Shown: positions 47,776-60,769 of the stretch, one piece after another
Layout of the letters: each line of letters begins with the position of its first letter
Position numbering within the stretch: the first letter of the stretch is position 1
DNA from: Sphyrna mokarran
Lineage: Eukaryota
NCBI GenBank assembly: GCA_024679065.1
Contig: JAGIQG010000029.1
Span: 12,710,001 to 12,774,000, forward strand
Length of the DNA: 64,000 bases
Direction: 5' to 3'
Notes under the pieces: model-generated
Told to the model about the DNA's origin: nothing
Seen by the model: only the letters and a program-made list of their open reading frames with translations
Database searches by the model: none
Made by a program: the position numbers and the translations under genes

Positions 47776-49149
47776 TATATTTATAAGCACTTCATGAACT
47801 TTGCTTTCATTTTTGCAGTGGAGTACGCAGCAAGCTCAATTAAATCTCAAGCTACATCAGTTTTCTGATGTATTATCTGCAGTGTTGCAGCTACTTTTGA
47901 TTGAATCTAAGAAAAATATGTACATACTTGCAGCAGTCCCTTACAACAATTTTCTGATATATTGTGACTTATAATGCAAATTAGAGTGTAAGCCATAAAT
48001 CTACCCAAGTCATCACTCACAGTAATTTAGCTTTTTGGTTATCCAAAATAACTTGAACATTCTTTTAGAACTAAATTCAATTACACTTTTCGAATAAACT
48101 TGACCTTGTAAAGGAGCGTAATCTAATTCAGTATTAGAGAGTTTAGACCATTCTCCATAATGACAAGAAAGCAATAAAGTAATGATTATTCAGATTTATG
48201 TGCTGCTTTGTCCTGAATGACAGTTAAGTCATTATCAATTCTCCTGCAATATAATTGTGAATCTTGTTCCAATTCACATTCACTCAAGTTTTTTAATACT
48301 TATTAAGGAAATGCAGCAATTATGTTTTTTATAAGATTAAGTTGACCTATGATGTAAGCAGGCAGACTGAGAGGCTAACTGATTTGTGCCAATAATTTAA
48401 TGGTGATGAACTGGTCAACCTAATATGTAAATTTATCTGCATCACGAAAACAATTGTATTATGAGACACTAATCAATCTGAACTGGACAGCCAATTGCTT
48501 GCTCCAGATGATTGAGTTGATGAACCGTATACTCCAATAACCCATTCCATAATCCAGTCATTTGGTCTCTAAAGCCTAGTCAATAGGTTCTTGCTGAGTC
48601 GAGCATACTAGTATTTCTGCAAATTCCATGTGTAACAATCTTTCACAAAAAGAAATAAGGTGCAACTCTGGCTACCTCTATTAAATGGTGATCATTTGTT
48701 ATCCATAATGTGTTATAAGGATGTGTTTTTTTTTTAGAAAGGAAAAGATGCAATTTTTCATGCCTTTTTTTTCCCAGCTGGATTTTAATTAAACAGAATT
48801 CCATTAAGACAATGATGAAACTGCCAGCCAGCAGAATTTACAACTTGTATTCTACACAAGAAAAGATGAAAAGGAATAGATTCTCAACATCCTCCATCCT
48901 CTCTCTCCTCCACCAAGCACCCTCTCCACCCGAACATGAACATTACTCTTCAAAAGTTTCTGAAACAAGGCATCAAAAATGTAATTACCTGTTCTCCAAA
49001 CCTTAGTTAGAATAAACATGGTAATTGAATTTTTCTGGCACATACAGCCACCAAGGCTTTTTAAGCCAAAAAAGAAATAGCTGGAAAATCTCAGCAGGTC
49101 TGGCAGCATCTATAAGGAGAGAAAAGAACTGATCTTTTGAGTCCGGTGT

Positions 49150-50365
49150 CAAAGTCACTAACTTGATTGACTTTTGCAAAGAAGTTACGAAGATGATTGA
49201 TGTGGGAAGGGCAGTGGATGTTGTCTACATTGGAGCCTTTGATAAGTCCTTTATGGCAAACTGATAGAAGGTGAAGTCCACAGGGTTAGAGGTAAGCTGG
49301 CAAGATGGTTACAGAACTGGTTCAAGACAGGAAGGACGTGTTTCTGAAGGGAGGGCTGTGATAAGTGGTGTCTGTCAGGGGTCAGTGCTGGGATCTTTGC
49401 TGTTGTGTATATATAAATGATTTGGAGGAAAATGTAACTGGTTTGATTAAAAAGTTTACAGGCGACATAAAGGTTAGTGAATTTGCGGATAGTGCTGAGG
49501 ACCATCAGAGGATACAGCAAGATATAGATTGGATGGAGATTTGGGCCGAGAGATGGCAGATGGAGTTTAATCTGGACAAATATGAGGTAATGCATTTTGG
49601 AAGATCTAATAAAGATAGGGAAAATACAGTAAATGGTAGAACCCTTAAGAGTATTAATAGATAGAGGGATGCAGATGTACAGGTACATAGGTCACTGAAA
49701 GTGGCAACACAACTGGAGAAGGTAGTCAGGAAGGCATACAGCATGTTTGCCATCATCAGCAAGCATTAAGTTTAAAAATTAGCAAATCATGTTGAACCTT
49801 AGTAAGCTCACTTTTTGAATATAGTGCTCAATCCTGGTCACCACACTACTAGTAAGATGTGAAGGCTTTAGAGAGGCCATAGAAAAGATTTACCAGGATG
49901 TTGCCTGGTATGGAGGGCATTAGCTACGAGGAGACATTGGAGAAACTTGGTTTGTTCTCATTAGAACGACAGATATTGCGGGGGCGACCTGATAGAAGTT
50001 TACAGGATTGGGGGGAATGAACAGAGTGGATAGTCAGAAGCTTTTTCCCAGGCTGGAAGAGTCAATTTCTAGGGGACAGGAGTTTAAGGTACAAAGGGCA
50101 AGATTTAAAGGAGCTATATGAGGCAGGTTTTTTACACAGAGGGTGGTGGGTACCTGGAACTTACTGTTAGGGGAGTTCATGGAAACAAATATGACAGTGA
50201 CTTTTAAGGAGAGTCGAGACAAATACATGAATAGGATGAGAAGAGAGGGATGTGGCCCCTGGAGGGGGAGGGGGTTTAGTTCAATTGAGCAGCATGGTAG
50301 GTGCAGGCTTGGAGGACCAAAAGGCCTGTTACTGTGCTGTAATTTTCTTTATTCTCTTTGTTCTA
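49150..50365 (+). mobile_element. CR1 LINE, 5'-truncated and decayed
   Basis: YINDLEENVTGLIKKFTGDIKV...[20 protein letters not shown]; tail GGACCAAAAGGCCTGTTACTGTGCTGTAATTTTCTTT. Confidence 0.9.
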
Positions 50366-50899
50366 AAAGGCAGTGGGAGATATTTCTGCTGAAGGGTGAG
50401 GGAATGAAAAATGAGTTATAGACACAAAAACAAGGGAAAGGCTGCTAATGGCAGCCCATGGAGAGAATAAAGGGTGTGAATGGCCAAATAGCAGAAAATC
50501 AGAGTAAACTGTGAAGATGGGAGGGATGGAGTGAGTGGGATAGAGGTAAAATTGAGAAAAAGTGGGATGGGGAAGCAAAGGGGAGGAAAGATAAGGAAAA
50601 GGGGAGATAAAATGGGGAAGAACTGTTTGCCAAACTAGAGCAAAGATTTGAAAGCTGAAAAAGCTGGGTGCCCCTATCTTCCTTGGAAGTATTGTGCACG
50701 GATATTGAACAGTAACCACCTTTACAACAAAGATCCATTGCAAACCAAGATCTTTTGGGAGTAAAACATGAAAATCTGGTCTGTTTGGTTAAACCCAGGA
50801 ACACAACTGAACAAAATAGTCGCAGTGTGAAATCACTGCATTGAGACGAGCACACGATTTACTTCCTTCATGATTTGTAAACACTTATAAAGCTGATGC

Positions 50900-51205
50900 T
50901 GATCATAGAATTCCTGCAGTGCAAAAGGAGGCCATTTGGCCCATCAAACCTGCACTGACAATCTAGCCCATCCAGATTCTATCCCTGTAACCCCGTGTAT
51001 TTACTCTGACACTAAGGATCAATTTAGCTGACCAATCAACCTAACCCGCACATCTTTGGATTATGGGAGGAAATTGGAGCACCTGGAGGAAACCCATGCA
51101 TGAAACAAGGAGAATGCACACACTCCATGCAGATGCAGACAGTTACCCAAGACTGAAATTGAACCCAGGATCCTGGCACCATAAGGCAGCAGTGCTAACC
51201 ACTTT
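50900..51205 (-). mobile_element. HE1 V-SINE, tail A
   Basis: ATCATAGAATTCCTGCAGTGCAAAAGGAGGCC ... GGCAGCAGTGCTAACCACT. Confidence 0.9.
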
Positions 51206-51864
51206 ATATTCACCCTTTTATATAGCTACCCTTTATATTCTATCAGGAGTGTGTATGGGCCCAAGGAATGTGTGGAATAAATGAATGCGAGTTACGATTA
51301 ACTGGTGCTTTCTTTAAATCAGGAAGTTATCTCATCTTATCGCATTCTTTTATTCAAACTCAAAACCTGTCTGGTTATGGTCCCAAACACCTGCAGCATT
51401 GGCAGAGCACAATATCACTACATTCACAATGAAAACCTGTCACAGCAAGATCTGGTGTGGTAAATTAGGGGAGTCAATTGTTACCCCTCCTCTCGTACTC
51501 AGAACACGTCTAATACACTTGAAGCTCCTGAGATGTGTAGAGTTTCTACACAGGGTTAGTGAGCACGTTTCAGCATTCGCTTAGCCCCCTGAAGACAGCA
51601 CTTTACAGTTCAATGCCTTCCAGACAGAGAGGGCTTAACTTGCTATCATAAATAGTTTGTATTTCACAACACTCTGATCTGATACTGTCTTACAAGAAGT
51701 CAAAATAAACGAGTAAATATTGGTGGAATTCAAGATAATTGTTTCAAAAAAATGAACATATCCATCATCTTATGCCTACTTGGTTTGCAGCAGGAGCTTG
51801 ACGATACATTTTGCCTTCTGTTGAATAACTTTCTTTGGCTTTTCACAGCCTTTCTGCTATACGA

Positions 51865-52032
51865 TATCATGGAATCCCCATAATGCAGAAGGTGGCCATT
51901 TGGCCCATCAAGTCTGCACCAACAACAGTCCCACCCAGCTCCTTTTTCTATGACCCCACCAAATTACAATGCTAATCCTCTGACACGAAAGGGCAATTCA
52001 GCATAGCTAATCAACCTAACCCACACATCTTA
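51865..52032 (-). mobile_element. HE1 tail A, 5'-truncated
   Basis: ATCATGGAATCCCCA..GCAGAAGGTGGCCATTTGGCCCATC...CAACCTAACCCACACATCT. Confidence 0.85.
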
Positions 52033-52185
52033 GGGTTTTCAAAGATCCAAATATCCTTCCATTTGTGTTTAAACTACGTTTACATCAACTAACATTACAT
52101 TGTATTATTAAATTTACGTACATTGTAATCTGGGATCAATGTAATTACGTGGCATATTGCTTTTATAAAGGTTTCAGTGACTGAT

Positions 52186-52624
52186 TTAGAATCCCTACAG
52201 GGCAGAAGGAGACCATTTTGCCCATACAGTCTGCACTGACAACAATCCCACCAGCCTCTATCCCTGAAACCCTGCTAAAGCCTAGAAGCTAAGAGGCAAT
52301 ATTGCAAGATAAATAAACCGAGCCCGCCCCTCTTTGGATTGTCTGAGGAAACCGGAGCACCTGGAGAAAACTCAGGCAGATGGGTGGAAAACATGCAAAA
52401 TCCATTTATATGTGGACTTACGCAAAGTCCACAAGGAGGCAAAAGCAGCATTGACTGACCTCAAAAACATGGAAGAGGTGAAGCCTGCCGGTGCACGCCA
52501 CTTATATACAGTCGTAAACCTGAGCATTCTAAATTCTTGCTGGCAATGAATTTAATTTGGAAGGCCAACTTAATTCTGATGAGCTGACCTTTCAATGAGT
52601 ATGAATGAGATGCTCATGCTTGCA
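52186..52624 (-). mobile_element. V-SINE body with a non-tRNA ~220-bp 5' segment, copy 1
   Basis: HE1 tail/core 52186-52404, then unique 52405-52624, which recurs with the same junction at 55201-55407. Confidence 0.75.
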
Positions 52625-53348
52625 AATGGATTTCCCAATAGGAAGTTCAACCTGCATTGCAATCCAAACAGTTGGTTCAACAATCAGGAAACAGATTTTG
52701 TTTTCCCTGCCACCAAATTAAGTGCCCCAACCTGCATGATTCCCACTGCTGATGGGGCTGGAAGATTCTGGTCCAAACCTTATGTCATTTGATATGTGCT
52801 TTATATTGATTGATTTTATTCATTCTTGTCGCATGGTGCCAGAGCACGCGACTTCTTGTGAGCCTTGCCCAGCATACCCTCTAATGCCATCTTTTTTATA
52901 TTTTACACCTAAATAATGTTAGTTTGCATTCAAGTGACCAGGGGGGCAATTCTCCAGCATGTTCCACAAGTGGTGTTCTTCTAGCCCCTCCGAAGTTGGC
53001 CCCTACTGTGTTTTAATTGATGGTGGCATGGGTGAAGAATACAAATCACCATTGAATTTGATGAGACCAGAATTTCCTGCCCGTGGTCTTACCACTGGGG
53101 AGATGGGGGGCTGGAGAATCCCACCCTCTGTGTGGATTATGTGTGATATGGTGGCACTGCTGCCTCACATTGCCAGGGTCCCAGGTTTGATTCTTGGCTT
53201 GGATCGCTGTTTGTGCAGAGCCTGATGGCATGTAAGAAAGATGTCAAGTTTTATCCTCACCAACACTTGTATTTTCCATATCAGGTATTGATTTCACCCA
53301 TTGAATTTCTTTCAATTATGAAAGTTACTGAATATTTGAATAAATATT

Positions 53349-53469
53349 GGGCTGAAATTTCTGGCCTTTCCCGATGGTGGGATCTTCCAGTCCCGCGAGT
53401 GGGATCTTCCAGTTCTGCTGGCATGTCTTTCCAATCTGGCTGGCAGGAAGGGCCAGACAATTTAGCCCA
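53349..53469. mobile_element. Harbinger-type MITE (more fragments at ~52640-52775, 52942-53130, 57058-57170, 60205-60430)
   Basis: GGGCTGAAATTTCTGGCC ... GGCCAGACAATTTAGCCC inverted termini. Confidence 0.65.
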
Positions 53470-53504
53470 TGTCCAGCCTTGATGCAACATTTTCTACCGG
53501 AAAT

Positions 53505-54922
53505 GGGAGGAGGAGACAGCAGATATTAGTGGAAGGCTCTTTTTCCAACTGGAGGTCAGTCACTAGTGGTGTGCCACAGGGCTCAGTACTAGGACCTCTT
53601 TTATTTGTGATTTATATAAATGACTTGGAAGAGGGGGTAGGTGGTGTGATCAGCAAATTTGCTGATGACACAAGATACTTGGATTGGCGGGAACTGAGGA
53701 GCAGTGCCAGGCAATACAACAGGACATAGGCTGGTGGATTGGGCAGATAGATGGCAAAAGGAATTTAATCCGGATAAATGCGAGGTGATGCATTTTGGCC
53801 GGAATAATGTAGAGGGGAGTTATAGGATAAAAGGTAAAACTATCCGGAGTATAGAGATGCAGAGAGACCTGGGGGTGCAGGTTCACAAGTCTCTGAAGGT
53901 GTCAGTACTGGTGGAAAAAGTGATAAAGAAAGCGTATGGTATGTTAGCCTTCATAGGAAGGGGTATAGAATACAAGAGTAGGAGTTTGATGTTGCAAGTG
54001 TATAAAACGTTAGTTAGGCCTCACTTGGAGTACAGCGTCCAGTTCTGGTCGCCGTACTACCGGAAAGATGTGGAGTCCCTGGAGAGAGTGCAGAGGAGAT
54101 TTACCAGGATGCTGCCTGGTATGGAAGGGCTGTCTTACGAGGAAAGGTTGAACGCACTGGGGTTGTTTTCTCTTGAAAGACGTCGGCTGAGAGGGGATCT
54201 ATTAGAGGTATATAAGATTATGAGGGGTATAGATAGAGTAAATGGTGGTAAGCTTTTTCCACCATTAGATTCAGATAGAACAAGGGGTCACGGCCTTAGG
54301 GTGAGGGGGGTACGTATAAGACGAATATTAGAGGGCATTTTTTCACACAAAGGGTAGTGGGGGGTGTGGAATGCACTACCGAGTAAGGTGGTGGGAACAG
54401 GCACGCTAGGGTTGTTTAAGGGTCTCTTGGACAGCCACATGAGCGGTCTGCAGATAGAGGGATATAGGAGGACTGTTTAAATACTTTATTTGTTTCCACA
54501 GGCTATTCGGTCCACCTTGTTGACCAACAAGGTGCATGCATTCGGCAGGTTGTGCGAGAGCTGCTCTTGGATGTTACTTCAGGAGTGGCCTAGTGCTTCA
54601 CGTCGTCAGTGTATGCTTAAACTGGACCATCAGATGGGCAACATGACAGCTCAGGGACTATCGCTGTTGCTGTGCAGACACATGGATTTGGGCCTGTGTC
54701 TGTGGGAGTTTGTGCGTTCTCCCCGTGGTTGCGTGGGTTTTCTCCAGGTGCTCCGGTTTCCTCCCACATCCCAAAAATGTGCTCTTAGGCTGATTGGGTA
54801 ACAAATTGTCCCTATATTGGTGTCTATACATCATTAAGACGTTAGGACGGCGGTGCGGGCTCGTTGGGCCGAAGGGCCTGTTTCCCGTGCTGTGTTGTTC
54901 TTTGTTCTTTGTTTGTTCTTTG
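53505..54922 (+). mobile_element. Young CR1 LINE (family C) with an extended 3' UTR containing a V-SINE segment
   Basis: ORFs 53469-53729 ([19 protein letters not shown]...KFADDT) and 53704-54357; the canonical CR1 terminus GGGCCGAAGGGCCTGTTTCCCGTGCTGTGTTGTTCTTTG appears only at ~54865-54922, after a V-core at ~54695-54800. Confidence 0.9.
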
Positions 54923-54931
54923 TAATTTGAT

Positions 54932-55407
54932 ATAGAATCCCTATAGTGCAGCAGGGGGCCATTTGACCCAATGAAACTGCAACATCTTTTAAAAAGAGCA
55001 TCTGACCCAGAACCATTCTCCCACATTATCGCCAGAACCTCCCACTTTTACCACGGCTAGTCAATCTAAACCACACATCTTTGGACACTGAGGTGTAATT
55101 AAGCATGACTAGTCCATTTATTTGCATATCTTTGGACTGTGGAAGGAAACTGGAGCATCTGAGGAAGCCCACACAGTCGGGTGGAGAACATGCAAACTCC
55201 ATTTATGCGTGGAGTTATGCAATATCCCCAAAAAGGCAAAAGCAGCATTGACTGACCACAAAGACATGGAAGAGGTAAAGCCACTTATATACAGTCATAA
55301 ACCTGAGCATTCTAAATTTTTGCTGGTGCTGAATTTAATTTAAAAGGCTAACTTAATTCTGATGAGCTGGTCTTTTAACGAATGTGCACGAGACGCTTAT
55401 GCTTGCA
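54932..55407 (-). mobile_element. V-SINE body with a non-tRNA 5' segment, copy 2
   Basis: HE1 tail/core 54932-55200; 55201-55407 aligns to 52405-52624. Confidence 0.75.
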
Positions 55408-55411
55408 TCAG

Positions 55412-55625
55412 TTCTCTCCAAGCCTGCGTCGGTTTCCTCCGGGTGCTCCGGTTTCCTCCCACGTTTTGAAAGATGTGCTGGTTAGCTACATTGGCCATGC
55501 TAAATTCTCCCTCAGTGTACCTGAACAGGCAGCTGAGTATGGCGAGTAGGGGATTTTCACAGTAACTTTATTGCAATGTTAATATAAACCTATTTGTGAC
55601 TAATAAATAAACTTAAAAAAAACTT
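55412..55625 (+). mobile_element. HE1-type V-SINE, tail B, 5'-truncated
   Basis: GGTTTCCTCCGGGTGCTCCGGTTTCCTCCCAC...GTGACTAATAAATAAAC. Confidence 0.9.
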
Positions 55626-57267
55626 AAATGAAACAGAAAAAAGATCATTCAACTCTTCGCGTTCTTTAGGATCTATTGAGCCATTCGCACTCTCTTGCTG
55701 TTTAATTCAAGTATTTATCCAATTCCTTTTTTGAAAGTTATCATTGAGATCCTTCCACCACTATTTCAGGCAGTTCATTTCATATTTTTATAATTTTCCT
55801 TGTTTGTAAAAAAAAAACTTCCCAATCTCCTCCCCTCTCAACCTTCCTTTGTTTTTTTTGCTCATCCTCTGGTACAACTTCTTCCAAGTGTGTACATTTA
55901 ATAAGACCTACAAATTACACCGTGTCGACAGCAACCCTTCCTCTGCAATAAAAGTATATCAAACTTTGAATAATAAAAAGAAGAGTCTGTGCTCAGATGT
56001 TGTTTGCGCAGTGGCAACATCAAAGATGCTTGCTCATTGTGCCATGTGCAGACTCTACTATTGCAGTGCTGTCATACTCGCTGTCTCTCAGTACTGTTTC
56101 AAATCTTGTATTCTGTATGGTTGTGTCTGAGTATTTAGCTGCACCTGAAGTGTACAAGTATCCAACAGGACTGTGACCTTTAGTACAATGCAAAGGTTGG
56201 CGTGTTTTACAAGAAGCTGGCATTGAAGATGTCTGGATTATGTCCTTTCCATTGATAATAAAGCAAATGGTTTATCAAGCTAATTTCAATGACAAGGGGT
56301 ATTGTATTTTTAAAGCATGTACTTTGATTTCAACCTTGTTAGATTTTTTTGTTTCCTATGTTGGCGATGGATATCTTGGCAACCTCTTGTGGTCAATTCA
56401 CATGATAGAGCTCCTCAAACACTGAAACATTCAACCCATCGAACCTACTGCTTTATTACATTATTTCACTACTGATTGTTACTCATCTCCACTCTTCCGT
56501 TTTTGCTCTCTGTATCTCGGCACTCCTGTCTCTCCATGTTCTTTTTCCTTAGCCTTGTGTGTTTCAATTGTCATCGCACTCACAGCTCTGCGTTACTTAC
56601 TGCATCTCTGTTCCTTTGCATAGTTTAAATGACATTTACATGAAGTAAAAGAGGAAATTTAGCAAGTCCTGTGTACCAACAATGCAAACAAAAAACGCTG
56701 ATTGGATACAACAGGACAATTAGCATCTGTGAATTGAAAAGACCCTGGTAATCTTAGGTGACCATTCTTTGTCAGCAATGGGCATTCACCCTTGAACTGG
56801 TAATCTGTCTGTGTTCCCTGCAACTTCTGACATCTCAGCATTTTCAGCTGTTTTGTTATTTTCAGCACTTCTGGGATTTTGTACGGCAGTGAAAAAGAAG
56901 AAAGTGGCGGGGGGATACATGTTCTCTGTGAGCTTGATGTTAAGTAAATCCTATTGCTTCCTAAATAGCTTTATACTTTAACTGTGTGCGTTACCCACAG
57001 GGAATCCAGTGTGCAGTGAAAACATGCACACCCCGGTGACACAGAATGAAAGACCAAGGGCGGAATTTTCTGTTCCTGCCTGCTGCGGGAATCATAGCAG
57101 ACGCAGTAAAAAATTTGACCAATGTATCAGCAAAAGGCCATTAACTTCGGGCAGGCATATCTGAGCTCATGGGAAATGTGTATGTGTGTGTGTAGGCCTG
57201 GGGGGGTTGGGGGTGGTGGTTGGAGACGACAGCAAAATGATAACATCTTTAGGTTCATGCTTGATGT

Positions 57268-57525
57268 GTTTTATTTATTAGTCACAAGCAGGCTTACATT
57301 AACACTGCAATGAAGTTACTGCAAAATTCCCCTAGTTGCCACATTCTGTGCCAGTTCGGGTCAATGTACCTAACCAGCATGTCTTTCAGACTATAGGAGG
57401 AGACCTGAGCACCCGGAGGAAATTGTTGCAAACGCGAGGAGAACGTGTAAGTGCCACACAGACAGTGAATCAAGCCAGGAATCAAACCCAGGTCTCTGGC
57501 ATTGTGCTAACTGCTGTGCCGCCCC
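57268..57525 (-). mobile_element. HE1-type V-SINE, tail B
   Basis: TTTATTTATTAGTCACAAGCAGGCTTACATTAACACTGC...GTGCTAACTGCTGTGCCGCCC. Confidence 0.9.
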
Positions 57526-57574
57526 AATGTAATGCAAGAACAGCATCTCCGATAACGTGGACTATAACCTGGGT

Positions 57575-57805
57575 GAATATAAAGATGAAGCTGCCATAGC
57601 TCCTTTTAGGGAGAGAGCTGACTGGTGGTGATTTAATCTCAGGATAAGCAAACCTCAAGTGTGAGACAAGGTTGAGAAGGCAGGGTCTTCATAAATAAAC
57701 TCAGCTAGTATAGGAACTGAACTCTGTTCTGGTACGGGAAATTAACCTGCCCTGTTAGCGGTGGTCTACATCAAAAACCAGCCATCCAGCCTACTGAAAT
57801 TACCA
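57575..57805 (-). mobile_element. tRNA-derived SINE, same family as 47552-47775
   Basis: GAGAGAGCTGACTGGTGGTGATTTAATCTCAGG...CAAGGTTGAGAAGG. Confidence 0.6.
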
Positions 57806-58154
57806 AGCATAGGATTCAGGTATGGTTTGTTTCATTCACTTCATACATTTTCCCTGTTGCATGAAGAAATTTGGCTGTGAATAAATATGCTGCCAAAAAT
57901 CAAAATGCTTTTGGTTCATACAATGTTGATTTTTTAAAATTTATTATTAAATTGGTTAATGTGTTTTTAAACTCGTGAAGAATGTTCTCACGGTCATTTC
58001 TTCTATGCAAAATTCCTAGTCTTGGAACAAATACATGAATGCCAAGACTGAGTGCAGCAATCATTTACTCTGTAGCATAACACCAGGGAATGGCAACTCT
58101 TTCTTTGGATTCATCCATTTAGTTTGAACTGTGTAAAGGATTTGTAGTATGATC

Positions 58155-60085
58155 AATAGAGTCATAGAGGTTTACAGCATAGAAACAGACCTTTCAGCCC
58201 AACTTGTCCATGCTGTCCTTTTTTCTAAAGACTAAGCTAATGCAATTACTTGCATTTGGCCTATATTCCAAGATCGCCATCTTACCCACGTAACTGTCTA
58301 AATGCTTTTAAAAAGCAAAATTGTACTCGTCTCTACCACTACCTCTGGCAGCTTGTCCCAGACACTCACCACCTTCTGTGTGGAAAAAAAATTGCCCCCC
58401 GGGACCTCTTTACATCTCTCCCCTCTAACCTTAAATCTCTGCCTCTAGTTTTAGATTCCCCTACCTTTGGGAAAAGATATTCACTATCAAACTGATTTAT
58501 GCCCCTTGTTATTTTATAGACCTCTATAAGATCACCCCTAAGTTTCCTACGCTCCTGAAAAAAAAAGTCCAATCCATCCAGCCTCTCCTTATAACTCAAA
58601 CCATCAAGTCCCAATAGCATCCTAGTAAATCTTTTCTGTACTCTTTCTAGTTTAATAATATTCTTTCTATAATAGCGTGACCAGATTTGTACACAATATT
58701 CCAAGTATGGCCTTAGCAGTGTCTTATACAACTTCAACAAGACGTCCCAACTCCTGTAATCAATGTTCTGACCAATGAAACCAAGCACACCAAATGCCTT
58801 CTTCACCACTCTGTCCACCTGTGACTTCACTTTCAAGGAGTGATGAACCTGTACCTCTAGATCTCTTTGTTCTGTAACTTTTCCCAATGCCCTATCATTA
58901 ACTGAGTAAGTCCTGCCCTGGTTCAATCTACCAAAATACATCACCTCATGTTTATCTAAGTTAAACCCTTCTGCCATTCATCAGCCCATGGTACCAATTG
59001 ATCTAGATCCTATTGCAATCCTAAATAACCTTTTTCATTGTCCACTATTCCCCTAATCTTGGTGTCATCTGCAAACTTACGAAGCATGTCTCCTACGTTC
59101 TCTCATCCAAATCATGAATAAAAATGACAAGTAACAGTGGACCCAGCACTGAACCTTGAGGCACATCACTGGTCACAGGCCTCCAGTTTGAAAAACAACC
59201 CTCTACAACCATCCTATGTCTTCTATCCATTTGGCTACCTGACCCTGGATCCCAGGAGATTTAACCTACCATATGATACCTTGTCAAAGGCCTCGCTGAA
59301 GTCTAGATAGACAACATTAACTTTCTTGGTTACCCCTTCAAAAAACTCAATCAAATTTGCGAGACATGATTTTCCACTCACAAACCATGCTAACTGTCTC
59401 TAATCAGTTCTTGCACATCTAAATGCCAATAGATCCTGTCTCTTAAAATATCTTCCAACAACTTGCCCATTACAGATGTGAGATTCACTGGCTTGTAGTT
59501 CCCAGGCTTTTCCCTGCAGGTCTTTTTAAACAAAGACACATTAGCCATCCTCAATCTTAAGGCACCTCACCTCTGGCTCGCAATGATTCAAATATTTTTG
59601 CTAGGGGACCCGCAATTTTCTCCCTAGCCTCCGGCAACATCCTGGGATATGCTTCATCAGGTCCTAGGGATTTATCGACCTTGATGCACTTTAAGATTTC
59701 CAGCATCTGCTGTAGGTACATTCCTTAAGCCATCAGTACTTTTTCCTCAAGTTTCCTAACATCTTTGCATTTCCCATCAGGAAACACTGAGAAGAAATAT
59801 TCATTTGGGATCTCACACATCTCTTATGGATTTGTGAATAGATGATCGAAATGATCCTTAAGAAGCCTATTGTCTTCTTAGTTACTCTTTTGCCCTTTAT
59901 ATATTTGTAAAAGCTCTTTGGATTCTCCTTTGCCTTATCTGCCAAATCAATCTAGTGCCCTCTTGTTGCCCTCCTGATATCTCCCTTAAGACTACTCCTA
60001 CACCCTCTACTCTTAAAGGGATTCACTTGATTCCAGCTGCCTATGCATGTTCTCTGCCTCCCCCTCCTTCTTCTTGACCAGGGCC
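58155..60085 (-). mobile_element. CR1 LINE ORF2 3' half (~1.9 kb), decayed
   Basis: ORFs 58366-58977(-) (FNLDKHEVMYFG...LYKTLLRPYLEYCVQIWS) and 59733-59945(-) (KENPKSFYKYIKGKR); tail ATAGAGTCATAGAGGTTTACAGCAT on +. Confidence 0.95.
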
Positions 60086-60495
60086 CTGCAGATTATGCTT
60101 GGAACTGAGTTTGTAGGTTACGTAATTTTAAGTTGCCCTTGTAAATTTTAGCTCACCACAGTGCAAGCTTCACATTATCTTTGTGTTTTAAAAGAGATTA
60201 ATCATTGGATTTTCCAGCCTTTCTGGCCAGCGGGATACGAAGGTCCCATCAAAGGTGACACCACAACCACACCCCCACTGCCACCCTCCCTTCCTCCATC
60301 CCCATCCTCCCACCACCATCCAACCGCAGTGGGCTGTTCATCAACAGGCCACATAAAGCACCGTGAATATTGGCAGGACTAGAAGTTTGTATTGGTGGCT
60401 AATGGTGAGCTAGTTGAAAATCCCTCCCATCCCTGATAAATACATTTTCAGCAGTACTTTAGACACATTGTCTTATGTACACCTAACTTGAAGTT

Positions 60496-60741
60496 TAGAA
60501 CATAGAACATTACAGCACAGAACAGGCCCTTCGGCCTTCGATGTTGCGCCGACCAATCTAAAAAGCAATGACCCTCCAAACTAAACCATTCCCTTCTCTT
60601 CCATATACTTATCAACTACCTCTTAAACGCCACCAAACTTGGCGCATCTACAACTGCTGCAGGCAGGGCATTCCACTCCCGAACCACCCTTTGGGTAAAG
60701 AACCTGCCTCTGATATCCGTCCTATAACTATCACCCCTTAA
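60496..60741 (-). mobile_element. Young CR1 family A 3' end
   Basis: Near-identical to 42199-42437 and 15106-15312. Confidence 0.95.
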
Positions 60742-60769
60742 GGGTGGAGGGTTTTTTTTTCAAGCATTT

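Noticed and set aside
52575-52600. CTGATGAG as a hammerhead core (also ~55359)
   Set aside because: No stem II followed by GAAA downstream.
53704-54357. Long ORFs (217, 203, 177 and 155 aa) as host genes or autonomous retroelements
   Set aside because: All are 5'-truncated CR1 ORF2 C-termini lacking the endonuclease and a complete RT, most with frameshifts.
56985-57045. Acceptor-like TTACCCACAG|GGAATCC micro-exon
   Set aside because: Too short to evaluate, weak donor, and it runs into a MITE.
2757-57525. Recurrent 60-100-aa ORFs with LEHPEETH / GFPPGAPVSSH motifs as a gene family
   Set aside because: These are translations of the HE1 SINE V-core on either strand.
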